From the NCBI GenBank assembly GCA_020891255.1, contig BQFW01000002.1, forward strand, positions 3,348,001-3,412,000: 64,000 bases of DNA, given 5' to 3'. Under the pieces are notes generated by a model that saw only the letters and a list, made by a program, of their open reading frames with translations, searched no databases and was not told the origin of the DNA. Positions within the stretch are counted from its first letter, which is position 1. Each line of letters starts with the position of its first letter. Both the position numbers and the translations under genes were made by a program. Of the stretch, positions 41,237 through 52,910 are shown piece by piece. The stretch comes from Entomortierella parvispora E1425. Lineage: Eukaryota; Fungi; Mortierellomycota.

Positions 41237-42748
41237 ATTGAATGTAGTAGAAAGAATGTTTTGGAGGATTTGTCTGGTTGTGAAAGAGTGAAGACTTTGT
41301 AGAAAAAAAAAAAGAGGAATTATCTTCGATGGACTTTATATGGGGGGGTTTTTTTTTGAAGACCCCGCATCGATAGAGTTGCGGTACCTCGGGGCAGAGC
41401 CAATTGTTCAGGAACAAAGTTCCTGGGCAAAGCACGCACAGCCGGATGGTGTGCTTTGGACAATGGCCATTTGTTTGTTCCCTGGCTTCCTAATCTTCCA
41501 TTCTTTGTTCCCCGCGCAAATTCAGAAAGCCTCTGGTTCAGGGACCAGGGGTCAAGAGCCCGTGAGACCGGAATAAAGTTATTGTGGCCTGTTTGATCTT
41601 CGAATTGTCTGCCATGTGTACCGATTCAGGAACGATAGGAAGGCCGGGAAGCTCTTTGGAAAGACATGAAGGTGAATCTTGGAGATGTGGCAGACTGGAC
41701 TGTTTGATTCGAATCCAGTTTGCCTTTGTGGTAGGCGGGCTGGGTTGAAACGTTCCAGAGCTCAGCCTCAGTCAAAGCGTTCATACGCCCGGATCAGATT
41801 AGATCAAGCGCAGACAGAGGCCCCTTGTAAGAATAGAAGTCTCTCTGGCTTCCTTCTTGAAAGAGATCTTCAGAGACTGGATGGGTCTCGTCCATCCGAT
41901 CGTGGGGGACAACGTACGAAAATTTCGTTCACGTATACAAACTATCACGAATTTGGTGGCAACAGGAGGGGGTTTCAACGGTCAAGGAAACAGTACCTGG
42001 AGATGCGCGTTGTCGGAATGAACACTCTGCGGTACACATGTGCTGGGTATATTTCAGGGTGAGAAGCAACAGAGAAAGAGCCCATGAAGAGACGATATGC
42101 ATCACCGTGAGCAAGGCGGGTGAAAGGGTGTCCTATCCTATCCTATCTAGTCCTATATAGAATCCTATATATATTAAAAGCAAAGTGGTCCCGCCCGTGG
42201 CCACCACCACCCATTTGTAAATCACGTGAGTGCGGAGCACGAACTCGAAATTTCTTCTGAGCCCAACCCTGTAGCCAATGGGCGCCCTCGAGCGGCAAGC
42301 TCGACGGAGGAGGCGCGCCCATCCAACAATCTTTTTTGTTATGGCGCGCGAAGGCTGCAGGCCTGAGCTAAGCTTCCGGGACGGAAGCTGCGCCATGGTG
42401 CCTTGGTGGAACTATGTTTCCATCCAACAATCATGGTGGAATCAATTGTGTCTTTTGGGGGGAGTGCACCAGCGCGACCATTTTTTTTTTTTTTTTTGGA
42501 TGGCGCCCTCGAGCTGCAGGCTCGAGGTAAGCCGACGGAGGAGGCGCGCCATGGTGGAATCTGCTGTCATCTGTGCGCGAAGCGCACAGGTGAGGGCGTC
42601 AGCCCGAACCCAAAGCCCCGTCAATTCGAGGGCAAAGCCCGAGCTGAGCCTCCGGAGGAGGCGACCATACAACCAAGGAAGCGACTGCTCCTGGGTATCT
42701 TTTGAAAGAGAGTGAAGACTCGAACAATGGCAGATCAAATCGTGGCAG

Positions 42749-43257
42749 AAAAAAAAAAAAAAAGTCCGACAACCTTGATCGAAATATGTGACCTTGAACC
42801 ATGCACATCTTCCACAGGCCCTTTCTTGATCTCAAATCTTGGCCAAACCCCTGCATCCTTCCCACTCTTTTCCTCCTCTCTTCTCTTCCCAAGATCTTGG
42901 GCTCCACACCCGGGGCAGGCCCCGGGAATCTTCTAGGGTGAGGGCGCCAGCCCGAGCAACAACTCTTTCTCACTTTGGGGGTGAAGGCGCCAGCCCGAGA
43001 AATGACTCTTTCTCACTTTGAGGGTGAGGGCTCGCGCGGTGACTTGCGCCCGATGCCCATATTCGAGGGGACATTCGGCAGGACCAAAAAAAAAAAAAAA
43101 AGGTCCGACAACCCAGGTGAAATTATTTTGACCACCGACTATACTGGCTTTTATTCACCCTCCTTTTGATCCCGCAACGCTTCTCTCCCCTCCACCTCGC
43201 CCTTTATCCCCAGATCTTCTGACACCACACCCGGGGCAGGCCCCGGGAATCTTCTAG
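42749..43257. repeat. Two diverged tandem modules sharing A15-16 + GTCCGACAACC and an identical 33-nt hairpin-CTAG block
   Basis: CCACACCCGGGGCAGGCCCCGGGAATCTTCTAG at 42904-42936 and 43225-43257 (321-bp spacing). GTCCGACAACC at 42764-42774 and 43103-43113, each directly after an A-run. Confidence 0.9.
42937..43030. repeat. 43-bp minisatellite, about 2.2 copies
   Basis: GGTGA(G/A)GGCGCCAGCCCGAG-n-ACTCTTTCTCACTTTG begins at 42937 and 42980; a partial third copy starts at about 43023; a related motif lies at about 42589. Confidence 0.85.
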
Positions 43258-43339
43258 TCTGGATCCTTGCACCAAAATACAATATCACGTGATTAGTATC
43301 AGTGTTTACAATTCTGGATTGAAGCGAACCAAGTTTACC

Positions 43340-46300
43340 TCAATGTAGCCCTTTTCCGGGAGTAGCCCTTGACCCGCCTCGGGTTGAACTACGAGTTTGG
43401 ATTCCAGCGTCTTGCTGGTGTTGATCGTGTTCACACGGTTCAAGGTGTGGACGAAATGGTGCTAAAGGGATTCTCTCTTGATCTTGAATTGCAGAAAACC
43501 CCGATATGCCAATGCACACGCATGCTTGCGTGTCCCGAGGTCGAGTTGTATAGCCATTCTTGAACGCAGGGCATGCCGTGTTGTCGCACTCTTTTGACCC
43601 GTTCACTAGTACGGTGTTGACCGTCTTTCCCTTATCAGTTGTGACTAATCTCCTTGAGCGTGCCGAGTGAGTTTTCTTAAAGCAGAAGCAGCAACGTTGG
43701 GTCGACATGTACTCATCAGTAACAACCACGGTTCCAACCTGGCGATGTTGTTTCCTGATATTCTTGCCTCCTAGGCGGTAATGCCCACCAATTCTAGACC
43801 CCACACCAGTACCGGCGGCGCCCATGAATATTACATGGCGAACGACTGGGGTAGTCTTCACACAACAGGAGGGGTGGCTGTATGGAGCTGGTATACGGGA
43901 CTTGGATATTTCGACGCGCTCGCAATTGGAGCAATAGCCTGTAGATTTGTCCACACATGGTTCGCCACGCATGTCTTCAGCCAGTCTGTTGATCGTATAT
44001 TCTGCGGATCTGGAACGCAGATTACTGGTGACTTTGGCCCAAGATCTCACTGTCCGGTGTCTACAAGTTCGACGAAGCTTGATAAGCTCGGGATCTCCAT
44101 TAAGAGCCTGCAGGTGAGCACTCAGTCCTTCAATTGATCCGCGAGCGTTCATGGCTTGCTGGACACGGTCGAGAGTGGAGGCTGTCGCGAGAGATGAATC
44201 CGGGTCCGAAAGCATTTGTAGATCAGCCTTTGCCTGCTTGTGCTTGTCTGATCTGAGCAACTGCTCTCGTTTTTTGCGAAATTTTCGTGCAAATGAGATA
44301 TCGTCAACCTGGCGTGCTGTTATCCGATGAGCCTTGGGCAGTTTCATACCCTGTACAGCCTTTTTGGCATGTACACGCTGCTCCATTGTCCACGCCACTG
44401 GAACTGCATCCTCCGGCTCAGCCTGGGCCTCCTCTGGCTCTGGCTCATTGAGGTCTATAGACACATGAAATTAGAACTGTGTTCAATAGTATTGAAATCC
44501 ATGCCTGTCACGTATGATGAGACTCACCTGCCAGTAGCTGAAATCTGTTGACTGATTCGCGTATTCCCTCCACGGTCAGAAAAACATTCTCTGACATCAC
44601 TCTCACACCCGGATCTTCGGCCAAGATGGCCACTACCTGGGTCCGCTTTGAAATGGGACACGGTTTAAGATGGTGCTCAAATAATGGATCAAGATCCAGG
44701 CGCTGCGGAACGTCCTCTGCTTGCGGCCGATCCCACCTTGGAGAAATCTGAAGAGTCTTGTTTGCGCTGGCCTTGGCTCTCTTCTTTGGGTTGTCCTTTG
44801 GTGCCTTTTTCTTCGACATTGCCAAAAGTCGGTTCCAATAGTAGAGCGCTTTTTTTGATCGCTCCCACGCATCATCAAGTTGCTGGAACCTCCCTTCTTT
44901 CTTTCTGAGCGTGGCCTGCTTAACCTTGAGATCCAACATTAATTGGTTTTTGTGGCCGTCACCTTCACTGCCACCGTTGCTGTAACTCCTAGGCAAGGCT
45001 CTGATGTTGCTGTTGAGTTGGTTACAGTCTCGCCGAAGAGAAACGATCTCCTTACGAGGGCCTTCCCGCTCCTTGGCTTTCATTTCAACGCTTGCTTTGG
45101 CTATCTCCACCTGATGCTCCACGTCGCCCTTGGAAAGACCACTCCGCTCCAATTCAATACGCCAACGTGCAGTCTTCCCGTTTGATAGGCCCTTACTAGC
45201 TTTCTTATTATCATCGAAGGCGCTCCTTATTGGATATCGAGTATCTCCGATCTGGGGCCCGGACATGTTTAGAGTAAACTCATCGACGAAGGACATTCTA
45301 AAATATTTTACCATAACATCGTTAGTCTTGCTATGAGCAACTGTGAACTACTTCAGCTGAAACAAGGGTTAGTTGCAACATAAATTACCTCGTTCCAAAT
45401 TGAAATCCGTGCTTCTTGCATATGGCGTCGATTTTGTCGATATCAAAAAAATTTGCAAAGACTGCCCTTTTTGCCATCAAGGATCCAACGCAGTCTTTTC
45501 CACTGGTTATAATGCCAGCGTCGCCGTTGATATCATACCGCTCACTCATAGTGCCACTGAGCACCTCGTATATGTGGCGAGCGCCCAAGTGCAAGCCGTG
45601 CAGTTTTCCTGAAGAGATGACAGGAGACAATCGTCGAGTGAATTCAACCTGACCTAAAAGACGTAGGATGGCGTTCGATATAAGCACTATTGGAGCGCGA
45701 AGGACAATGTGTGGAGTGTGTGGGCGGTAGTCATCGTCCTGCGCGTTCCTCCATCGGCGAGGGACATAGGGACGGAGGGCGTTGATGATCTTCTGGGCGA
45801 CCATGAGCTGATTCTCCGTAAAAGATGTGCCCTTGTAAACAGTGTCTTTGATGTGGGTCATGGTGAAAGTCGAGCATGGTAGCGGTGATTCAAGCAAGGT
45901 TTTAACGATTGCTTGCAGACTGCGAAGCGTTCGGCGGCTCGGCTCCTTCTCTTTCTCTTCTGGTCCGGAAGCACTTTGATTTTCACCGCATGATATTTCT
46001 GTTTCCATCATAAACCCGCCGTCAAGTTCGCTCAGGAAGTCCTGACTCTCGAAAAGACACAAGTCAAGATCGTCATCGGCGAATAAATCCTCTGGATCGC
46101 CAGCATTGCCTAGACCTGTCCCAGAGAGCTGAGTTTCCGAAAGTTTCTGGAAGGATTTGCTGGCGTTTGCATCAGCTGGGAGAGGCTTTTTGGCATAGAG
46201 CCGCAGGAGTGGAACCACAAAATGCTGGAGTTGATCCAGGCGGCCATTGGAATGGTATCGGGCAATGTTATCCATCAGCCTGGACATTGCGTGACGCCAT

Positions 46301-47835
46301 TGGGATCGACTAAGACTGTCTGGAATGGCGTCCTTCGCCGCTTTTTTTTCCTCCTTATTTTTGACAGCCTTAATCTTTCGCTCCTTGTGCGCCGCTGCCC
46401 GGTTCGGAGCCAACCATGCCGACAAAAGGTAACGGAGTAGATAGTCAAGTGCCTTTTCATACACGTTGCCTTCCCACAGATTCTTGATTGCTGTAGAGCA
46501 TTGGCGAGTGTGCGCCTCGACAACTGATGAGAACCCATCCTTGTAGGGAATAGTAACACCTGGCACTTTGTTGTCGATGATTGTCGACAACTCACGCCAC
46601 TTTGGATGGCCGTCGCCGCTCTTAGCAAGAAGTTTGCCCTTGCGGTCGTCTCCATTCTCCTTGAATACTGTGTGCATATTACTTAGATGATTCTGGGAAA
46701 GGAGGTTTCGGATGTCGCTGTGCATGCCAGAGTCCTTGTTTTCAATGCCAGCCTGTTGTGTTGCGACTGGTGCGACGTGGATAATCCTCTGTTCTGGGGA
46801 AACGATGTACCCTGGCGGGAGAACGTTGGTCAAATCTAAAGTGCTGTCCTGCCCCATACAGGCACCGGCTCCTGCCTGGAAACAACAACAATAAAAAAAA
46901 AGGATCAATTGTCTGCAACTACAGTAGCTGATGAAGGGAGCTCACCAGCTGACGATCTCGATGGCCGTTGAATGTCGACTTACCAAGATCGTTCCGATCT
47001 GTGCCAAGAGATATAGCGATCGCTCAACGTCGGTGACGTGCGCCTGTGCCTCATGAAGAAGCTTAAGGATTCTGCCGTAGTCCTCGTCATTTGAAAGGCT
47101 TGGATGAAGAATCTGCTTCAAAGTCACCGTGCACGTACGCCAGTCGTCATCATTCTCCTCATCCTCGCCTGCAATAGGTGTCTTGGGCTCTCCGCCTTCA
47201 TCCGGATTGGATCCCTTTCGTTTCTTTCCTTTGTCAGGTTCCGGTTGAATGGTTCCCAAATTTTTCTCGCATTCTTCCCATATGTTGTCGAATTTTGCTT
47301 CCACAACGTTGCACCATATTCGTAGGTTGTTCTTGTTGGTTGCTGTAGTAATGTCAGAAGTCACCTTGCTACGTTTCATTGGGTGGTCATTGCGATTGAT
47401 GTAGATGTCGGCGGCATCCACAAGAGGACCTTTTGGTAAACTCTTTTGGTTCAATAGTCGTTGCTTGAACTCCTGTTTTCCCTCCACTTCCTTATTTTTG
47501 CTGTCGTTCAGCTTGCCAATATGCTCCTGTATTTTCATTTCCAAATGCTTATAACTAAGGAAGCAGAAAATCATCAACAAAAGTCCTCGTTTACGAGTTC
47601 TTGATCAATACAAACTTGAATATCAACCTTACCATGACTCCTCAAAGCAAACAAGTAATTCAGCCTTCATATTATCGTCCGGCCCTTTCCCATAGTGGAT
47701 CTTTCGTTTGTTCGCCCGGAACGTGGCAGCATTGGTAGGTGATGAAACGGTGTCAACAGGAGACGAGTGGTTAACGGAAGACGGAACCAGCTCACTCACA
47801 GGAGCCACCACTAAATCGTCCACCACCTGGTCCAT
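43340..47835 (-). CDS. Fanzor1 (eukaryotic TnpB/Cas12-like RNA-guided RuvC nuclease), 5 exons, about 1,381 aa
   Basis: Exons 47633-47835, 46984-47554, 45389-46875, 44528-45297 and 43340-44454 join in phase via four GT-AG introns (4,146 nt). RuvC-I ILAEDPG (D 44613-44615), VIFMGAAG, RuvC-II TDEYMSTQRCCFC (E 43712-43714), CDNTAC, RuvC-III RPRDTQA (D 43532-43534). The start codon is tentative. Confidence 0.85.
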
Positions 47836-48392
47836 AGGAGTAAGGATGAAATTGTCGATAGCACAAGGACTAGATATTCCGAGAATTTCAGAAATGAGTC
47901 CACTCTGTGGAAAAATCCACAAACTCGCGGTTGAGACGGGCCTTCTCTTGTTGGACAATAGACTCTGGGTTTTCCTCGACTGGAAAATAAGAATATTTTG
48001 CAGTTGAGCCGTTCTGCAAGAAACACGAACAGGAGCTGCGTTCTCGTTGGGAGTCCTGATAAAACTGGGTTGTCGCTGCTGTTGACTGATAGCTGCAGGT
48101 CGAATTTACCGCGTGGCTGCAAGAAATTCTGGGTAATAAAATGAGCCACTGAACTCCTAGGGTCTACGGGGTGAGGATCCGCACGGAGCCCATGGTTGCG
48201 AAGAGCCCACAAAGCCTTTTCCGCCTTTTCGCCACAAGACTGGATCCTTGGGTCCTTGGATGCATTTTCGAGAATATGCATAAAGTTGGCGGATGGTTGT
48301 GACCACGAGGACCGATGACTCTCGACGAGGCGAGAAAAGTCGTGTGGCGGATCGGTCCCAGGGCGCGCCACGACGTCAAGCGTGAATGTCAT
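47836..48392 (-). pseudogene. Protein-like segment upstream of the Fanzor ORF, separated by one frameshift
   Basis: The 193-aa ORF 47811-48392 overlaps the Fanzor exon-1 frame by a one-frame shift near 47840-47860. An intron-like GTAAGC...CAG lies at about 48406-48490. Confidence 0.4.
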
Positions 48393-48599
48393 TGTTAGGG
48401 ATGAACTGGGATCAGTTGGTCAATGAACGAGTCAGCAATCGGTCAACAATGGTGAAGAGTCAAAAACTGAAGGTCGTGGATTCGGCTTACGCCTAAGCCA
48501 CCGAGACATAAATTGATTTGGGGGACGCGAATATGGAAGGTGTCTCTCCAGGCTCCTTGTCAATAAAAAAAAGAAGTTGGAAGGGTGTCTTCACAACGT

Positions 48600-49680
48600 A
48601 CCATGGACAATCAATCAATCGAATCAACAGGACTTCTACTTTGGCGCACAATTCCTGCGAACGAACGTTGATACCGATGTTCGTCGTCTTGTTCGACATC
48701 AGTCATATATCAGGGATCATTGTGCATCATTGGCGCTCAAGCAAACCAAAAAGACGAGCCTAGACAGCGACTATATCCACTGGAAGTCCACACTGGACAA
48801 TGTGCACAAACAACAACAACACCGGATCCTTTTATACCAGTCCAAGAGACCCCTCGCTGCGCGGGCGCCGGGCTAAAAAGCTCCATGGAGTCCTCCCAAG
48901 ACAAGACATTCAACACCACTGGCGACCATATATCTACCCCCCAGCCCTATGCCCCTGATGCCAGGACCAGGAAGAAAGCAATGAACACCTTTGGAACTGT
49001 AAACCACATCTTGCAGACGAGCAGAAGGTCTGACGCCGGACACTAGAAACCATGGCGGAATGGACACATCTGAAGGAGGTACTTTTAAGACGGGTGTGGG
49101 CTGAAGAACGAGACCTCCACCAACAGAAACAAGAGCCTTTCAACAGAAAAGCACCTAAACTGACGACGCTAGGCGACCGTGCCATATGGACATCATTGGA
49201 GCACATATCAGGCGTGGTCGATCCTGCACCTTGGGATGTAAGCAAGCCAGCTCGTACAATAACAGAGAAGACCCTACGCCAATGACCTGTGGCAGATCTC
49301 TACCGTAGGATCTCACCCCACAGTCTCGCCCAAGTATAGGGCCAACTCTTCAAGACCAACATCACAACAGACCTAAATATAGCTCACCGGTTCTGCCGAG
49401 CACTTGAGGGTAGCACCCGAGAGGCAGTTTGGCTGGATCGGAGGCAAATAGCGATGGAAAAAGAACAGACGGAATTTCCCCCACTGAAACAACCCGGAGA
49501 ACCGACCACTGCATGGAGAACATGGGTGGGCGCAACACCAGCAGAGGATGAGTGCGACTGCGGCCAAGTGATGGACAAACACGCGAACAACAAGTGCCCA
49601 AGATTTACAGGCGAGAAAACATCGAAGCGGATATCTTTCTGCTGGACACATATCTTGGCCGGCATTGGCCAGCAGTGATG
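48600..49680 (+). mobile_element. Decayed non-LTR retrotransposon (LINE-like) ORF2 3' fragment
   Basis: Stop-broken protein-like frames (48577, 49052 and 49454 ORFs), ...STREAVWLDRRQIAMEKE and a terminal CDCGQVMDKHANNKC Cys/His knuckle. These resemble fungal LINE C-termini. No RT core seen. Confidence 0.45.
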
Positions 49681-52600
49681 GAGAAGATAGGAAGTAGTAA
49701 ATTTTTATTGCCTTGAGGCGACCCTTGACCTCGGGTTCTCTTCTAACAGGAAGAGAGCGACGCGGCTCTGGGTGCAGAAGCATGCGATTGTACACACCCT
49801 TTGTCAATAATTTAAAAAAAATTGGAAGGGTGTCTTCATTTGTACACTCTTTTGCTTCGTCGTCGCCGCTCGTCTGGATATCCAATTCCATTGAGAAGAA
49901 GGCGAGAGAGGAAGAGAGGAACTTAGAGAGACTAGGTAAAGAATCAACCACCATCTGAGCACTGCAAGAAGAAGGATGTCCGGACAACGCCCACGACCAG
50001 AGGACGGAATCCGAACTCACGTCAGTCGTCACATGACACGCTTAAGGCTTTAAGGGTCTCTGCAACGCTCCGCCACGGTGCCCATGGCTCTTCTCCCACA
50101 GGTCTTTCCACCGGAAGGAAAACATAGTTTTATTTGTTGTGTTGTGAGGCTCACAGTTATGAAAAATTCTAGACATCATGACGGCTCCTTCAAAAGTTAC
50201 TGCACTTGGAGATATTCTTGTCGGGACTAGATGACTTGCACCATAGATCCCAAATTTTGATGCCCTTTTTTATTTTTTATTTATGGAGTTGGGCGATATC
50301 TTCCAGAGCGCTGACAATGAGCGAACAGGCTGATGAAGAATGGCTACCACGATAGGGTGTATAAGAAACTGGTAGACAGACGCTCTAGCCAAGCTGCGCA
50401 CAGGAAGAACAAGTCGTCATTCACCGGTCAATAGACAGGGATCCTTCGGCTCCTGATTTCTCTGTCCAGCAATCAGAGAGGGCCGATTCGACAAACAGAA
50501 CAACGGTGCTTGGCAAAACGAACTTGCGACCGGAATGCACGGATGCTTCAAACAGGTTTCCTCTCCCCGTCGGAGACTCGAGGCAGGGAAAGATTTTTAG
50601 CTCGCAAGAAACGGGTTTGCGCCAAAGTGAGTTTGGGTGTGAGACATTTGTAACTCTCCAGAGCGATTTGATTTCTTGCTTCTCCACCTTGGAAAGAAAA
50701 GCATGCAAGAGGAAGAAAGGAGAGGGATAGGAGGTCCTCTTTTACTCTGTGGGTAATCGTTTTGTCGAACTTGACTGCGCTACCCTGGGGGATGTTCCGC
50801 AACGATACCCCATGCAAGTAGAGATACGCCTGCTTAAAACCTGCCGTTTCCCCTGTTTCCATGGTCCTTCTACTCTCTTTTTTTTTCTCTCTCTCCCTCT
50901 CACAAAGAGGCAAAGCAGGGAATAGGGCAGCACCAGTGACCCTGCATGTGGTTTCTTCGTCTCGGCGATTCTTTTTCCCAATGATGAACTCGAATATGAA
51001 TCCATTGTATTTTTACCCCACTGCGCGAATCTGTCGAAAAAACAAAAATCCGTTTTGCAGAGCTCGAAGGATAACCCGGGAATTTCGATGGAGCACAAGA
51101 TTTGTCAAGGACCTGAAAAGAAAAACAACTTGAGCTATGTAGAAAAACAGCTGGATGGTCTTTGAAGTTGCCTTGTGCCACTGTTTTTGTGGGACGAGCG
51201 TGATCCAAATATGAAGCTCGTTCAAGAACAACTGAAGTCGAAAAGAACGTTTTGATGTCTCTTGCCAAAACAAATGAACATGCCACGGAAATACGTTGAA
51301 CAGAAGTGAGCACCAAAAGGCAAGGGAGTGCATGTCAACAGCAGAAAAATCAACAAAAGATCCTGCTATTCCGAAACGGGGGAAAGTCCAAAAACCTCTC
51401 GAGTCTGGGATAACTTTGACATGTTGTTCAGTTGTCAAGAGAGCACAGGAATAGAATACGGTGTTGACCTCGTTGTTTTATTTCTTTTTGCGCTGCAGAT
51501 CTATACACAAATGAGGATGATGATGATGGTGGTGCAGGGGAGCCACTCCAATATAATTTCCCTGGAAAACGTTTTGCCAGGAAATAGGGGTTCAGAAGGC
51601 GCGTTGCTTTTGTTTGTTTTGTGCAGACTCGATTCATAAAAAAAACTCTCCGCAATTGATACCCGATTCTATTCAATTGATCGACCAGTTCATGTACCCC
51701 TCAATCTTGTTATTGCTGTTCACTCTTTGTCCTCTGACGCAGGTCCAACGAGGGGAAGGGGGGAGTGGCAGGATGGCGCGATGATAGGGTAAGGAATAGG
51801 GGAAAGGCGAGAGGCAGGTGCTTGTTCTGTTAGCAACTGGGATTAGAGTGGCGACATTGGCCTGAAGGCGAGGGCAAATGGTGAAATCTGGAAGAGCCAT
51901 CCTCTGTCCTGTTCTCTTTTTTTTTTTTTTTTTTTGAGCTCATCAGGCCATACATCGATCCGTGCGCCTAATGAAGTATAGTTACAGCCAACATAATTCT
52001 CTCAGTCAGTCCATGGCATGTGTATTTGCCCATACCACTGGTTGAATAGAGGAGATGAGTCGAATGCTATTGTTCTGGAGGAGATAGGGCGGGACACACT
52101 GGCCCACTTTAAAGACCCTTATGGTTCCACCTCTGTTGTCAGTAAGGGTCTGGCTGCAGCATCTCCTTGCCATGTTGCGGACATGTTGTTCCGCTTGCTT
52201 GCCATCGTCAGACAGGGGCTCTAACTGTACCCTGAATGTTCAGTGGGAGAGAAACAGCTGAAGTTGAGGTCAGGGAGGATTGAAGGCATGTGGATCGAGG
52301 GAGTCGAGCAGATCGAGATAGCCAGATTCCAAAAATCCTGTTCTGAGAAACAACCTGTCTCTCGGCGATCGTTTTCCCTCTGCTTCCGTCCCGCCTCGCC
52401 CGGCGCACAACTTGTTTGCACGCAACCCTCATTTCCATTGATTGCTAATTCACTTTGGCCTCTCATCCTTTCCTTCGTTCACTCCAGTCCCTCTTATCGT
52501 CGCCTCTGGTTTTTCTTATAAAGGATTGCCCCAGTCCATGCCCCAGTTTGTGTTAGCAACCCATTTTCCTCTCTCTCCTCCCTCGAATTATTTTTGTGAT

Positions 52601-52910
52601 CCAACGTCCAACTCGCAGAGTTTTGGAGGTGAGTTGTCTCATACCCTTGTCCCCTCTCTCACCGGCGATCATTCTCCCTTCCACCTTTGTCATCCCTCTC
52701 CACTACCTCTCCGCTACCTCTGCACTCTTCTTTTCCTTGCTCCACACATTGCTATCCACCGCCATCGCTGCTACGACCATCGCCATCTTCACAGTCATCC
52801 CCCTCCACAAGAGTGTTAAATCGCTCCCAAATATTTACACCACTGCTCTCGTCTTCGCTGGAAAATAGATCATACCCATCCACCCTTCCCTTCCTTCCAC
52901 TCCGCCACTC

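Larger units (their letters stand above)
43258..50050 (-). mobile_element. Fanzor-carrying transposon-like region (ends not defined)
   Basis: Fanzor ORF, decayed upstream coding segments and terminal hairpin/CTAG motifs. No transposase, TIR or TSD was identified. Confidence 0.4.

Noticed and set aside
41679-42062. 127-aa ORF and alternative frames between DPBB2 and the repeat mosaic
   Set aside because: No recognisable domain. Possibly a decayed gene, but unsupported.
42749-43257. Calling the repeats a CRISPR array
   Set aside because: There are only two copies of the 33-nt block, 321 bp apart, and no cas genes. Reported as repeat modules instead.
50045-50060. CTTAAGGCTTTAAG as a possible TTAA target site or left end of the Fanzor element
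   Set aside because: No corresponding TTAA or terminal inverted repeat at the other end.
50300-51900. Several short minus-strand protein-like ORFs (51673-51900, 51013-51438, 50548-50913)
   Set aside because: Could not be spliced into a consistent gene or matched to a family.
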